Of a stretch of DNA of 45,491 nt, positions 23,916-33,471 are shown piece by piece. The translations under genes and the position numbers were made by a program. The stretch covers positions 1-45,491 of the IMG/VR virus record IMGVR_UViG_3300018083_000049. One strand, 5' to 3'. Positions within the stretch are counted from its first letter, which is position 1. Each line of letters opens with the position of its first letter. The notes below the pieces were generated by a model, which did not search any database, was not told where the DNA came from, and saw only the letters and a program-made list of their open reading frames with translations. Source of the DNA: a virus. Taxonomy: Duplodnaviria > Caudoviricetes.

Positions 23916-24362
23916 TTATATAGCCTTCATGTATTGCATCTCGGTTAGCGTGTAGCCGTGTTTGGGGAATATCGGCTCCACGTTGTAAAGTGTCCGATAT
24001 CCGTGTATGATCATCTTCACGTCATACATCTTCAGCAGTGGTTCAGCAGCATGCAGTAGCTTCTTGGCTATGCCCTTGCCACGATGCTCCAACTTCACTG
24101 CGAGTGTGCCACACGATGCGAATATTGTGGTCTTGTGGAATGGATGCAGATTGATGAAGTATGTGACGAAGCCATGCAGCTTGTCGTGGTCCCGATAGGT
24201 GACGACCACGAACTTGTCTTGTGCTTCTAGCTTTGCCATCTGATCCCAGTCCATATCGAGTGGTGGCATGAATTCATGTGCTATCGTCTTCTCGTAGTAC
24301 TCGACCACGATCGCATTCAGCAAGTGTGAACACTTCTTGAGTGGTTCTACTTGTATGCTCAA
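23916..24362 (-). CDS. GNAT-family acetyltransferase
   Basis: LAVKLEHRGKGIAKKLL acetyl-CoA motif A; C-terminal KHGY. Confidence 0.88.
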   Translation of the reverse strand: MSIQVEPLKKCSHLLNAIVVEYYEKTIAHEFMPPLDMDWDQMAKLEAQDKFVVVTYRDHDKLHGFVTYFINLHPFHKTTIFASCGTLAVKLEHRGKGIAKKLLHAAEPLLKMYDVKMIIHGYRTLYNVEPIFPKHGYTLTEMQYMKAI

Positions 24363-25450
24363 AACGCACCTGTGTTACCGAGACCGCGCCGCAGGTTCGG
24401 ATCATCAGCAACTATGGCCGCACCGAGTCCTCCAAGCGGATTAGTCGCACTCGGATTGGTTGCACCTTGCACCGCACCACCGGCATTGATCAACTCACTG
24501 ATGTCAGCGAACTTAGTTCCACCGACCGCATTGCGTAATGCACCACCGAAGTTAGCCACGTCAGTGTCTACGAGGTTACGCGCACCACGCTCGTATGTGC
24601 CTGGGTCGAATATGGTTGACAACGATGCCGCGTTTGCATCCTTGCGTGCATTGCCGATGTAGTCGTTGACCTCGCCACGATCTCTACCGATAATGGTCTT
24701 GCCGAGATCACCAATCGTGGATCGTCCCGTGGATAGCTTCTGGCCTAGTGTGCCAAGCGCGGCGTTGTAGCCCACATCCGTGAGTGTACCACGCTTCTGT
24801 GCGTTGGTAAGCTGTGCACGCAGTGGGTCGAATTGCTCATTGAGCAGCGTGTCCGAGTATTGACCTGTGAGGCTATCAGGTATGTTGGTCTCGGCATACG
24901 ATGGCGAGAATATCTTATTCAGTTGATCGCCATAGCCTGTACGCTTACCTTCTGTAAGGCTATTGATGATACTTGTACCCAGATCAGCGCCATACGCAGC
25001 CGATGGATTTGGGTCTAAGTCTCTGATCGTGTTCTGTGTTCTGTTCAGCAGTGGTTTGATGTCCGACTCCAGGTATGGATTGGCATCGATGCCCTTCTGC
25101 TGGAACTGATGAATGATGCTATTCAGTGCATCGTTGTAGGCATTGGTCTTGCTCGTGCCGAACTTGTTTAGTGCATCAGCCTTATCCTGCTCAACCTTCG
25201 CGGCAGCAGTATCACTTGCTGTCTTCTCTTCAGTCTTGCGTTGTTCAATGCCAGCATTCAATTGGTCCTGTGCGGAATCACCAAACGGTTGACCATTCAT
25301 GTCAACCTGTTGCACATATGACTTACCAGTTACTGGATCAGTCAACACGATAGGAGCAGGTGGTGTATAACCACCGCCACCACCACCTTTGCTACCACCA
25401 TACGCCGCACGATTGAGTCGATCAGGCTGACCACCAGGAGTGAACATCAC
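24359..25450 (-). CDS. Internal virion/ejection protein (363 aa)
   Basis: Gly-rich N-terminus (GGSKGGGGGG) and helical body; lies between the two GNATs with 4-nt overlaps. Confidence 0.65.
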   Translation of the reverse strand: MMFTPGGQPDRLNRAAYGGSKGGGGGGYTPPAPIVLTDPVTGKSYVQQVDMNGQPFGDSAQDQLNAGIEQRKTEEKTASDTAAAKVEQDKADALNKFGTSKTNAYNDALNSIIHQFQQKGIDANPYLESDIKPLLNRTQNTIRDLDPNPSAAYGADLGTSIINSLTEGKRTGYGDQLNKIFSPSYAETNIPDSLTGQYSDTLLNEQFDPLRAQLTNAQKRGTLTDVGYNAALGTLGQKLSTGRSTIGDLGKTIIGRDRGEVNDYIGNARKDANAASLSTIFDPGTYERGARNLVDTDVANFGGALRNAVGGTKFADISELINAGGAVQGATNPSATNPLGGLGAAIVADDPNLRRGLGNTGAF

Positions 25451-25914
25451 GCTTCCCTCATATATCTGTAGATCGCTCCATAGCGTGTGAAGCCCATACG
25501 CCTATACAACGCATCGACACCAATCGTACGTATGCCTGCAACGTCACCAGATTGCACCATCACCGCACGCTTCGTAACCAAACACCATTCTACGAATCCA
25601 TACATGAGTCGCATGCCGATGGATGCACGATATCGTGTGCCATCACGCACATACCATGCCTCCTCGACACCAAGCATGTCTGGGCTGAAGTAGAATGGCG
25701 TAACGTGTCCGCATACCGCACCGACATACACTCCATCATCCATTGCCAGTGTGAAGTAGTAATCAGGATGGTTCATCGCGTAGAGCATCGTGGCCTTACA
25801 GTGTCCCCAGTTGAATGCGGGACCACTATCCGCGAACGTGCTCAACTTGTGCATCTCCTCAGCCAGTCCAACAGCATAACTAATGTTATTCGCGTCCAGT
25901 GGAACTATTTCCAC
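25447..25914 (-). CDS. GNAT-family acetyltransferase (divergent)
   Basis: VGAVCG, EEAWYV...RASIGMRLM...EW, LYRRMGF. Confidence 0.8.
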   Translation of the reverse strand: MEIVPLDANNISYAVGLAEEMHKLSTFADSGPAFNWGHCKATMLYAMNHPDYYFTLAMDDGVYVGAVCGHVTPFYFSPDMLGVEEAWYVRDGTRYRASIGMRLMYGFVEWCLVTKRAVMVQSGDVAGIRTIGVDALYRRMGFTRYGAIYRYMREA

Positions 25915-26062
25915 GCTCCACCCCTGTCATGCATTGTGCAACGATGACCTGAATGGCACCTGCTACTTGTTCGTATGGAGCTTTGCGCAGTACACTGATC
26001 ACATTCTCCCATTCCGCAGCCGTCATGGTCACGGCCAGTGGTGTGGTTGGTTGCGTATTCAT
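25886..26062 (-). CDS. Small tail-fibre-associated protein (58 aa), paralog of 31427..31624
   Basis: Hand translation MNTQPTTPLAVTMTAAEWENVISVLRKAPYEQVAGAIQVIVAQCMTGVERGNSSTGRE; ATGA overlap with the fibre stop. Confidence 0.75.
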   Translation of the reverse strand: MNTQPTTPLAVTMTAAEWENVISVLRKAPYEQVAGAIQVIVAQCMTGVERGNSSTGRE

Positions 26063-27756
26063 TTGTCCTCCAATGCGGACATGCGCGTTGCCAATTCTTT
26101 CATGCCATTCACCAGTGCCACGACGATGGGATCAAGTGATACGCCCAGCATTGGGTCTTCTTCCTCTTGTCCGTATACGGATACTGCTTCTGGCAATACC
26201 TTCTGCACTTGCTGTGCTGAGAAGCCATGCTCTATGCGATCAGGTGTGTACAAGCGACTAAACTCAATCGGTGCTAACTGCATGACTGCATCCAGGCCAT
26301 ACGGAGACGAACGAATGTTCAGCTTGATGCGTTCATCGGACGCGTTGATGTATGCGCCTACACCATACATCGCATTGATATTGTTGCCACACAATCCATC
26401 CGACGCACGCATCTCGAAGAAGTTTAGTCCACCGCCAACCCATACCACATTGCCATTGGATATGTTCCAACTCCAGTGCCAACCACCACCACCAGGATCG
26501 AGTTGCAGGATGCGTCCAGCAGCACCATTACCAATCAGGATGTTTGAGGCAACCGTTAGATTTCCACCAGTTGCGGTATGACCACTAGGATCAATTGTGA
26601 ATACACCAGTGCCATCGAATCGCTCCCATGCAAGCAGACCAGTGGCCCAATTCAGGTGCCATCCATAAAGGTCCAACATGCGTAGGTATGTGAAGGTGGA
26701 GTTGTCACTGTACAAATGCGAACGATCACCTGCACCCCAGTAGACATTGCCACCACGTGCATATACATTCGCTGCGGCAGCTACCGATCCACCTGTGCTC
26801 ATACCACCAAGAAAATAACCACCACCTGATCCATTTATCGAGAATAGCTGCGTAACCCCAGCAGCGAGGTATTCAAGTACTCCACTTGCACGTGTATAAC
26901 GTAGTTTCCAACCAGCCGCATCCCATTGGATGTGTGAGTAGGATGCATCAGAGGAAAATGCTGCCCCACTACCTGTGATGGCATAGGTGCTTGCCGTATT
27001 CATCTGACCATTGACGGTCAGTGCACCAGTGATAGTTCCACCACTAATCGGTAGGAAGCTACCGCTGACATATGCCTGTGTGGCAAGGTTGCCCGTGGCT
27101 ACACCATCTACAAGCGTGGTATGTGCACTGCCATTCCACCCAAATGACATGACATGCTTATTCGCTGCCTGATTGGTATAGGAGACACCATTGCCACCAA
27201 CCTCCAGGTTACCCGTCAGTATGCCGCCTGTGGATGGCAAGAAGCCCACGCCGCCAACACGTGCATCCACATACTGTTTGGTCGATGCATGCATGTTAGC
27301 AGTTGGATCGGAGTGCAGTGTAAGGAAGCCGGTCATTGTGTCACCGGCCTTCAACACGACACCAGTTACCGACCCAGCGCTTGCTGCCGCAGCCGCAGCA
27401 CTGGCCGCAGCATCAGCAGCACTTGTCGCTGCCTGTGCCGCATAGAATGAAGCGCCATTCGTTATGAGTCCCCAACGCGCGGGGAACGAAATGCGTTCAT
27501 TCGCGAACGACAGTGGCGCTGGACTACTCAGATGTGTCTGCACACATGTCCATATGCTACTATCCGCACTGTCGATCACGGTTTGGCCATATGTGTATGA
27601 CGTGGCGTTCTTCCAAACACCAACCAGATTGGGTATGGCAGTAACCATCCCAATGGTGGCATCAAGCAGTGCCCAGTTGGTGTTTACATCCTCGTCCCAT
27701 GGCATTTGATCGAAGAGCGGAACATTGAGCCGTAGATGCGGTGTTAGCGTGGTCAT
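26059..27756 (-). CDS. Tail fibre with C-terminal peptidase S74 intramolecular chaperone
   Basis: AAASA coil, KAGDTMTG, TKQYVD, LPxxGG repeats; SDERIKLNI...GFSAQQV...P. Confidence 0.88.
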   Translation of the reverse strand: MTTLTPHLRLNVPLFDQMPWDEDVNTNWALLDATIGMVTAIPNLVGVWKNATSYTYGQTVIDSADSSIWTCVQTHLSSPAPLSFANERISFPARWGLITNGASFYAAQAATSAADAAASAAAAAASAGSVTGVVLKAGDTMTGFLTLHSDPTANMHASTKQYVDARVGGVGFLPSTGGILTGNLEVGGNGVSYTNQAANKHVMSFGWNGSAHTTLVDGVATGNLATQAYVSGSFLPISGGTITGALTVNGQMNTASTYAITGSGAAFSSDASYSHIQWDAAGWKLRYTRASGVLEYLAAGVTQLFSINGSGGGYFLGGMSTGGSVAAAANVYARGGNVYWGAGDRSHLYSDNSTFTYLRMLDLYGWHLNWATGLLAWERFDGTGVFTIDPSGHTATGGNLTVASNILIGNGAAGRILQLDPGGGGWHWSWNISNGNVVWVGGGLNFFEMRASDGLCGNNINAMYGVGAYINASDERIKLNIRSSPYGLDAVMQLAPIEFSRLYTPDRIEHGFSAQQVQKVLPEAVSVYGQEEEDPMLGVSLDPIVVALVNGMKELATRMSALEDK

Positions 27757-27759
27757 TGT

Positions 27760-29448
27760 CTATCTCCTGATCCCGCCATGGATATATGCGATAGACACGC
27801 TGATGAATTTCAGCTTCTTGGTTGTCGTGCCGAACAGACGCAGCTTGAGCAACTTGAACTTGGTCGTCCATGCGAACAATCGCTCATCGGATGTGCGTCT
27901 ACCACCACCATATGGCGCATTACCATATGGCGAATTGCCATAACCACCCGAGTTGCCGCCTACGAAATGCATGGATAGCATCGGTGCGGGTGTGCCATGG
28001 TAATTGAATATGTTATCGACATATCCCTCGACTGTGAAGTTGCCTGTGCCTTGCGTATCGAGTCCAATATAGCGTGATATCTTGATATCCATGCGATGCT
28101 TGAAGTCAGCCCATGGCAGTTCCCAGTCGAACGTGATTGGCACACCATCACCACCTGCTATCGCTGGGTCATTACGGAAGTCAAGCGCACCGACTTCATC
28201 ATCGAAGTCATATGCATACAGCTTGTTGGCTTGTGCGAATATCACATTCTGCAATGATGTGCGACATGCGGCTTGCCACTTCCAACCACGTAGACGTGAC
28301 CATGCTGATATCTTCAGTGATGGGATATGCATGTAGCTGAAACCAATCGTTTCCACCAACACACCAGCCTCGAACCGTGGCACGAATAGCATGTAGCGGA
28401 AGTTACGCAAGTCGTAGATGGCAAACACATACTGGCTGATCTGTGCCATTGTCAGTGGTTGGATCAACTCAGTGGTCAGCGGATCGATCAGATGCGATGT
28501 GCGTATGGGCCGCAATGTGTTGAACACATTCACACGTGATATGGAGTTCACACCCACGTTGTCTGCGTAATACGTATCATCACCAACACTGATAAGTGAT
28601 CGATGGGTGAGGCAACCGAATTCCTCAATGAATCCATCATCCGTAGGTGCGTGAACACCCGGTGTGCCTGTGTATATGCCCAGGTTGATTGGCAACACGC
28701 CACGTTCGAACGTCACGAGTAGCTTATCGCGATATGCTACTAAGCCCGTAATAGTCGCAGAACCAAGAGATACACGAGGACCAAGATCAAGCTGTATAGC
28801 ATCGTTCGGAGCAGGATCACCGAAGTATGTCCCACTTGTGCCTTTAGCACTCACGTAGATTGAACTTGGTTCGCTTGGCACGCCTGCGATGATCGTGTAT
28901 TGTGAATGTGCGATCACGAACTTGCCTATAGGCATATTCACGTTCGTGGATGTAGCCAGATCAACCAGGAATTCGACTTCCATATATCGAGCATTGACTG
29001 GATCACCGCTGACAATGATTGGTTTGTCTCGGCCATTGACGATAATCAGGTCGCTGTTGAAGATGGTGAAGTTGACTTCGACGCTACCGGCTGGCCACAG
29101 GTTCGCACCTGTCTTCTGCATCAATGTGACAACACCAGCACCATTGGTCTTGGTGATGTCGCCATTGAACTGCACCGAGATGACAAAGCCATTGAAGTAA
29201 TAACAGTTCACGATGTTGCTTGGATCAGACAGTTGGGCAATGAACAACGTGCCTGGACGCACACTCAATGATCCATCAATGGCACGCTCGATGTTGTCCA
29301 ATACCTTCGCATATTTGGGCGACATGTTGAGATCAGTATCGGAGACGTTCAATCCGCCTTCGAATGAACGCACCGTGCTAATCTGCAAGTTGGATTGTGG
29401 CTGTTCACCACGCGGGTTGAGATTAGCGGATGTCTTCTTGAGATACAT
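27760..29448 (-). CDS. Tail nozzle / tail tubular protein B-like stabilisation protein
   Basis: SFEGGLN...NI...DGSLSVRPG N-terminus; beta-propeller-like 562 aa; genomic position. Confidence 0.75.
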   Translation of the reverse strand: MYLKKTSANLNPRGEQPQSNLQISTVRSFEGGLNVSDTDLNMSPKYAKVLDNIERAIDGSLSVRPGTLFIAQLSDPSNIVNCYYFNGFVISVQFNGDITKTNGAGVVTLMQKTGANLWPAGSVEVNFTIFNSDLIIVNGRDKPIIVSGDPVNARYMEVEFLVDLATSTNVNMPIGKFVIAHSQYTIIAGVPSEPSSIYVSAKGTSGTYFGDPAPNDAIQLDLGPRVSLGSATITGLVAYRDKLLVTFERGVLPINLGIYTGTPGVHAPTDDGFIEEFGCLTHRSLISVGDDTYYADNVGVNSISRVNVFNTLRPIRTSHLIDPLTTELIQPLTMAQISQYVFAIYDLRNFRYMLFVPRFEAGVLVETIGFSYMHIPSLKISAWSRLRGWKWQAACRTSLQNVIFAQANKLYAYDFDDEVGALDFRNDPAIAGGDGVPITFDWELPWADFKHRMDIKISRYIGLDTQGTGNFTVEGYVDNIFNYHGTPAPMLSMHFVGGNSGGYGNSPYGNAPYGGGRRTSDERLFAWTTKFKLLKLRLFGTTTKKLKFISVSIAYIHGGIRR

Positions 29449-31424
29449 TATGCACCAATCAGTCCGTATGCGGTGAGGTCATCGATCAGTGCTTTGACGT
29501 GTTCCGCCAACACCGGCAGTGTGACCGATCCGGTAACGAACGTGGAACGTGTCGCCGTGCCAGTCGGCGCGCCATAGCCGGTGCGCTTGGTGATCGGCGC
29601 TATACCGTTGAACCCGGTAACACCCGTGACCGCCAACCCACCAACGGGAATGCTCACTACCCCGGTCGAGCGTTTGATCGTCAGGAACGCGCCGTAAGGA
29701 CCGCCGCCGTCTTGAAATCCGTATATCTGGAAATCCGAACCAGCATTGGCACCGCCTTCCGCTGTCGCGTCAGCACCAACGCGCCAACGGTCAACACCGT
29801 TGGTCTGCAAACGGAACCCTCGATTGCCAACGGCACTGTTGGCGGTGGCTTCAGCACCACCCGCACCACTGAAACCGAGTGTCACACCTTGCCACGCCGC
29901 GAAACTGCTTTGCGCGAGGAAACCACCGGTTACATACAGCGGTCCATCGATCGTACCGCCGGTCAACGGCAACGCGTTCCCGCCCGCGTTCGACCACTGA
30001 GAATGCCGGAATAACGCGCCGTAAACGCGCTGCTGACCAATGGATGACATATGTAACCCAGCCGATCCCCCGTAGGGGAAGACGTTACCGTTCACGTCGC
30101 CATAGAGATCGGCATCGGACGCCTGGGTCTGGTAGCGCGCGGGGACACCAATGGCGGTCTGCATGTAGCCGTTACCGCCAGACGCGAAACCCAACGTGGG
30201 CGTGAACGTGCCGCCGATCTTATCAAACCACGCATCGACGATCTTCACGCCAAAGTTTGGATATGTCGCCGTTGTCATCGTGAAGGTGACATGACTACCC
30301 TTCACGCAGAACTCGAACGAGGCATCGCCACTGGTCGGGCAGGCAATGGTCGTCACCGTGTAATTGGTGGTGAACGTGCCCGTTTTGGTCTGGATCTGGT
30401 AAGCGAAGTTGCCGCCGCCATCCTGGGCGATCTGCAACGTATTGCCGGGGTCCGCGCCAATCTGCGCGGTGAACGTGTTGAACTGGAATATCCCCGCCGC
30501 CGCGCCCGCATACCAACGGAAACTGTAATCAAGCAGTGGCGTGGGGAATGTGTAGGGGAAGTTCTGGGTGACACCGGTCAATCCCACTTGCATCGTGGTT
30601 TGCAGCGGGTCGTAACCATCACGCAGCACGGTTAACCAGCGGTTCGCGTCGATCAGGCCAAGCCGATTGCGGATCGCGAAGGAGCGCACGAACGAAGCGG
30701 AGTAGTCGAATGTGTTCTGCAACGCCGCGCCCGCCGTGCCGCTGTAGACGGAACTGCCACGGGGGTTTGTCACCAGAATGATATCACACGGCTTCGACCA
30801 CGCGCGCACCTTGGCGATGACGCTGGCGACCTTGGCGATGTCCAGACTGTTCCGGTCGTTGGTGCCCATCGCGATGATCAGGCAATCACACCCGACGCTC
30901 GTTCCGACCGTGTAATTCTTGGGGTAATCGAGCCATGGCGTGGCATGGTTGGTGTACCAGTAGTCGAAGCCGGACGGGATACCATCCAGCGTCGTCCATG
31001 TCTGACCACCGATGCCAAAGTTAAAGATGGAAACGAATGCACCGGCACCGAACTGCTCGGTAATCGCCTGCCGCAAATGCTCCGTCATGCCTTCCGATCC
31101 AGCGGACGATGACGTGGCGACGGATGTGCTGTCACCAATGATGCCGATCAGCGCGGGCGCTCCCGACGTGGCGTTGGCGATGGCGGTATTCAGGCGAGGA
31201 ACGTGCTGCGCCGTGATGCCGTTGAACAGTGACGGCTCGGGTATCCAGGCGGCGATCGGTTGTGTGAACGTGACAGGTCCCGTCACCGTCCCGCCAGCTA
31301 ATGGCAGGAACGGTCCACCACTACTCAACACACTATTCCACTTCACACCATCCCAACGCCATGTCACACCAGCACCATTGAACAAATCACCAGTCGTTGG
31401 GCTATTTGGGAAATCCAATGGCAT
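29448..31424 (-). CDS. Tail spike/receptor-binding protein with SGNH (GDSL) esterase domain
   Basis: IGDS (block I), NFGIGG (II), MGTND (III), GLH (V); fibre motifs LPLxGGT flank the domain. Confidence 0.8.
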   Translation of the reverse strand: MPLDFPNSPTTGDLFNGAGVTWRWDGVKWNSVLSSGGPFLPLAGGTVTGPVTFTQPIAAWIPEPSLFNGITAQHVPRLNTAIANATSGAPALIGIIGDSTSVATSSSAGSEGMTEHLRQAITEQFGAGAFVSIFNFGIGGQTWTTLDGIPSGFDYWYTNHATPWLDYPKNYTVGTSVGCDCLIIAMGTNDRNSLDIAKVASVIAKVRAWSKPCDIILVTNPRGSSVYSGTAGAALQNTFDYSASFVRSFAIRNRLGLIDANRWLTVLRDGYDPLQTTMQVGLTGVTQNFPYTFPTPLLDYSFRWYAGAAAGIFQFNTFTAQIGADPGNTLQIAQDGGGNFAYQIQTKTGTFTTNYTVTTIACPTSGDASFEFCVKGSHVTFTMTTATYPNFGVKIVDAWFDKIGGTFTPTLGFASGGNGYMQTAIGVPARYQTQASDADLYGDVNGNVFPYGGSAGLHMSSIGQQRVYGALFRHSQWSNAGGNALPLTGGTIDGPLYVTGGFLAQSSFAAWQGVTLGFSGAGGAEATANSAVGNRGFRLQTNGVDRWRVGADATAEGGANAGSDFQIYGFQDGGGPYGAFLTIKRSTGVVSIPVGGLAVTGVTGFNGIAPITKRTGYGAPTGTATRSTFVTGSVTLPVLAEHVKALIDDLTAYGLIGA

Positions 31425-31426
31425 GG

Positions 31427-31624
31427 TTATGACTCCGCTTCGTTATCGCGTGGCACCAAACCAAGTGGTGGTCGTTCCTCGGCATGGTTAGCGCATTGCT
31501 GTTGTATTGCGGCGATGAGCGGCGCGGTGACCGCGTAGGCGACGGGTGCCTGCGCGATGACGCGTAGGATGGTTTCCCAGGTCTGGGCTTCGAGGACGAT
31601 AGAGATGCGATCTGTGGGGTTCAT
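31427..31624 (-). CDS. Small tail-fibre-associated protein (65 aa)
   Basis: ATGA-coupled to the upstream fibre; similar to 25886..26062. Confidence 0.75.
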   Translation of the reverse strand: MNPTDRISIVLEAQTWETILRVIAQAPVAYAVTAPLIAAIQQQCANHAEERPPLGLVPRDNEAES

Positions 31625-33471
31625 GGCGCGATCAATCCGTATGAAACAAGCGCCGCGTGGATGGCGGCGGCGGTAACAGCGACGCCCGTTCGTTTCGGGA
31701 TGGCGGCGGTGCCGAAGAAGCCGATGTTGCCGCTGAAATACGTCGGCGCTATGATACTGAAACCGCCACTATTGATAAGCGCCTGCATCGTGCCAGCGAC
31801 ATAGAAAACGTGCGAACCACCGCTGTCCATGTTGTAGTTGAGATTGCCTCCACTGGAGTTGAAGCCAATCGTCGTACCGGATAGCGCGATGTGTTTCGAC
31901 AAGTCACCAGCACCGGAGGCGGCGGTAAGAAAACTGATCCCGGCGGCGAACTGCATGGCGGTATAGCACTGGCTGTTCGGCATATTCAGATTGAGCATCG
32001 AATTAGCTGCCGTGGCCGTATCGCCATACGCGGGCATCTTACTTAAACTTAGTGTGCCGTTGTAGTTAACGATGCCCACGACATTGGCGCCAGCCGCGTC
32101 GGTCATGGCGATACCGGCGAAGCTGGACCCCCCGGCGGGGCGGATCTTTAGCCCCACGGACACGAAGGCATTTGTCCATTGATTGGCGACCGAGTCCACG
32201 GACATCAGCCCGCCGTCCGTGATCGAGAAGACCTCGCTGGCACCGGCCATGTAGCGCAGCCGGGGGGCGATCCCGGCGGTAGCATATTGCAGATAGTTGC
32301 CGCCGACGCTGTTGAGGTTTGGTCCGCCCTTGAAATCAACCACCTGACCAGCCTGCATCCGCACGGCGGCGAACGGATCGGCGTAACCCGTGGGCACGAT
32401 GGCGCCGCGCGTATCGAGTGCCTGATACGCCTGCGTGTTCATGGCGACGCCAAGGAAACTCTTATAGTTGATGTAGGGGTCACCGTTCCCGGCGGGCAGA
32501 TGCGTTGACTGCGTGAACCATACCCCAACGGATACTTCCGTTCTCGGCGTGGTTATGCTGGCGTTGTTGCGGATCGCTACGATATCAATACCAACTCTGC
32601 CACCCGTGCCGCCCCACATCGCGGCGTTGAGGCTGTTGTCCGCGTTCTGCGCCGCGCAATCCACCTCAAGCCCGACCGCGCCCTGGTTGCTGTTGGTGTT
32701 GTCGGCGGCGACGATGACCGCGCCAATGATGCCGCCTGTCCCGCCTGGGTTCCGCGTCACACCGACATCAAGCGCGACATTAAGGCCGGTCCCGGTTGTC
32801 TGAACGAAAGACGTTAGGTTCCAGTTGTCGGACGCATCGTTTGGACCAATGGTGGCGGTTGCCTGTAAGCAACTGTTGATGTTGCCCGCCCCGCCGGTCG
32901 CGCCTGTCGAGTTCCGGCGAAACTGAAAGTCAACGTAGTCATTGCTATGCGTCGCCGCTGGCGCGCGGCTGAACGTCATCGGGTTGCCCTGTATCTCAAT
33001 CCCCGGCCAGGGCGTGCCCTCGAAATCAGCGACGAAGTTGATACCGTTCGTCAACGTCATGACCGTGTGGCCTGGTTCGGTCAGGTGCAACACGCCAGAG
33101 ACCGTCCCGCCCGTCAGCGGCAGAAAACTCCCCTCAAGCGTGCTCGCGTCGATGCTATTCGCACTTACCCATTGCACACTCGAACCATCATCATATTGAA
33201 TAAACAACTGACCACTATTCGTATCCCACCATAGTGGACCAAGCACATTCCCAGGAGGTGCCGCGCCGATATACGCACCAGCCGGCACACCCATACTGGT
33301 AAAGCGATCCACATATTGTTTGGTAGCTGCATCGAATGCAGCAACAGGATCAGCAGCTAAACGCAACATACCCTGCATGGTATCACCAGCACGTGATACA
33401 CGCTCAGCGAATGCACTATTCAGCTTATCCGCCTTGAGTGGATTCTCGCCACGACTGAATATCGTACTCAT
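31621..33471 (-). CDS. Tail fibre/spike protein (616 aa)
   Basis: RAGDTMQG...DAATKQYVD, LWWDTNSGQLFIQYDDG, FLPLTGGT, Gly-rich beta body. Confidence 0.82.
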   Translation of the reverse strand: MSTIFSRGENPLKADKLNSAFAERVSRAGDTMQGMLRLAADPVAAFDAATKQYVDRFTSMGVPAGAYIGAAPPGNVLGPLWWDTNSGQLFIQYDDGSSVQWVSANSIDASTLEGSFLPLTGGTVSGVLHLTEPGHTVMTLTNGINFVADFEGTPWPGIEIQGNPMTFSRAPAATHSNDYVDFQFRRNSTGATGGAGNINSCLQATATIGPNDASDNWNLTSFVQTTGTGLNVALDVGVTRNPGGTGGIIGAVIVAADNTNSNQGAVGLEVDCAAQNADNSLNAAMWGGTGGRVGIDIVAIRNNASITTPRTEVSVGVWFTQSTHLPAGNGDPYINYKSFLGVAMNTQAYQALDTRGAIVPTGYADPFAAVRMQAGQVVDFKGGPNLNSVGGNYLQYATAGIAPRLRYMAGASEVFSITDGGLMSVDSVANQWTNAFVSVGLKIRPAGGSSFAGIAMTDAAGANVVGIVNYNGTLSLSKMPAYGDTATAANSMLNLNMPNSQCYTAMQFAAGISFLTAASGAGDLSKHIALSGTTIGFNSSGGNLNYNMDSGGSHVFYVAGTMQALINSGGFSIIAPTYFSGNIGFFGTAAIPKRTGVAVTAAAIHAALVSYGLIAP

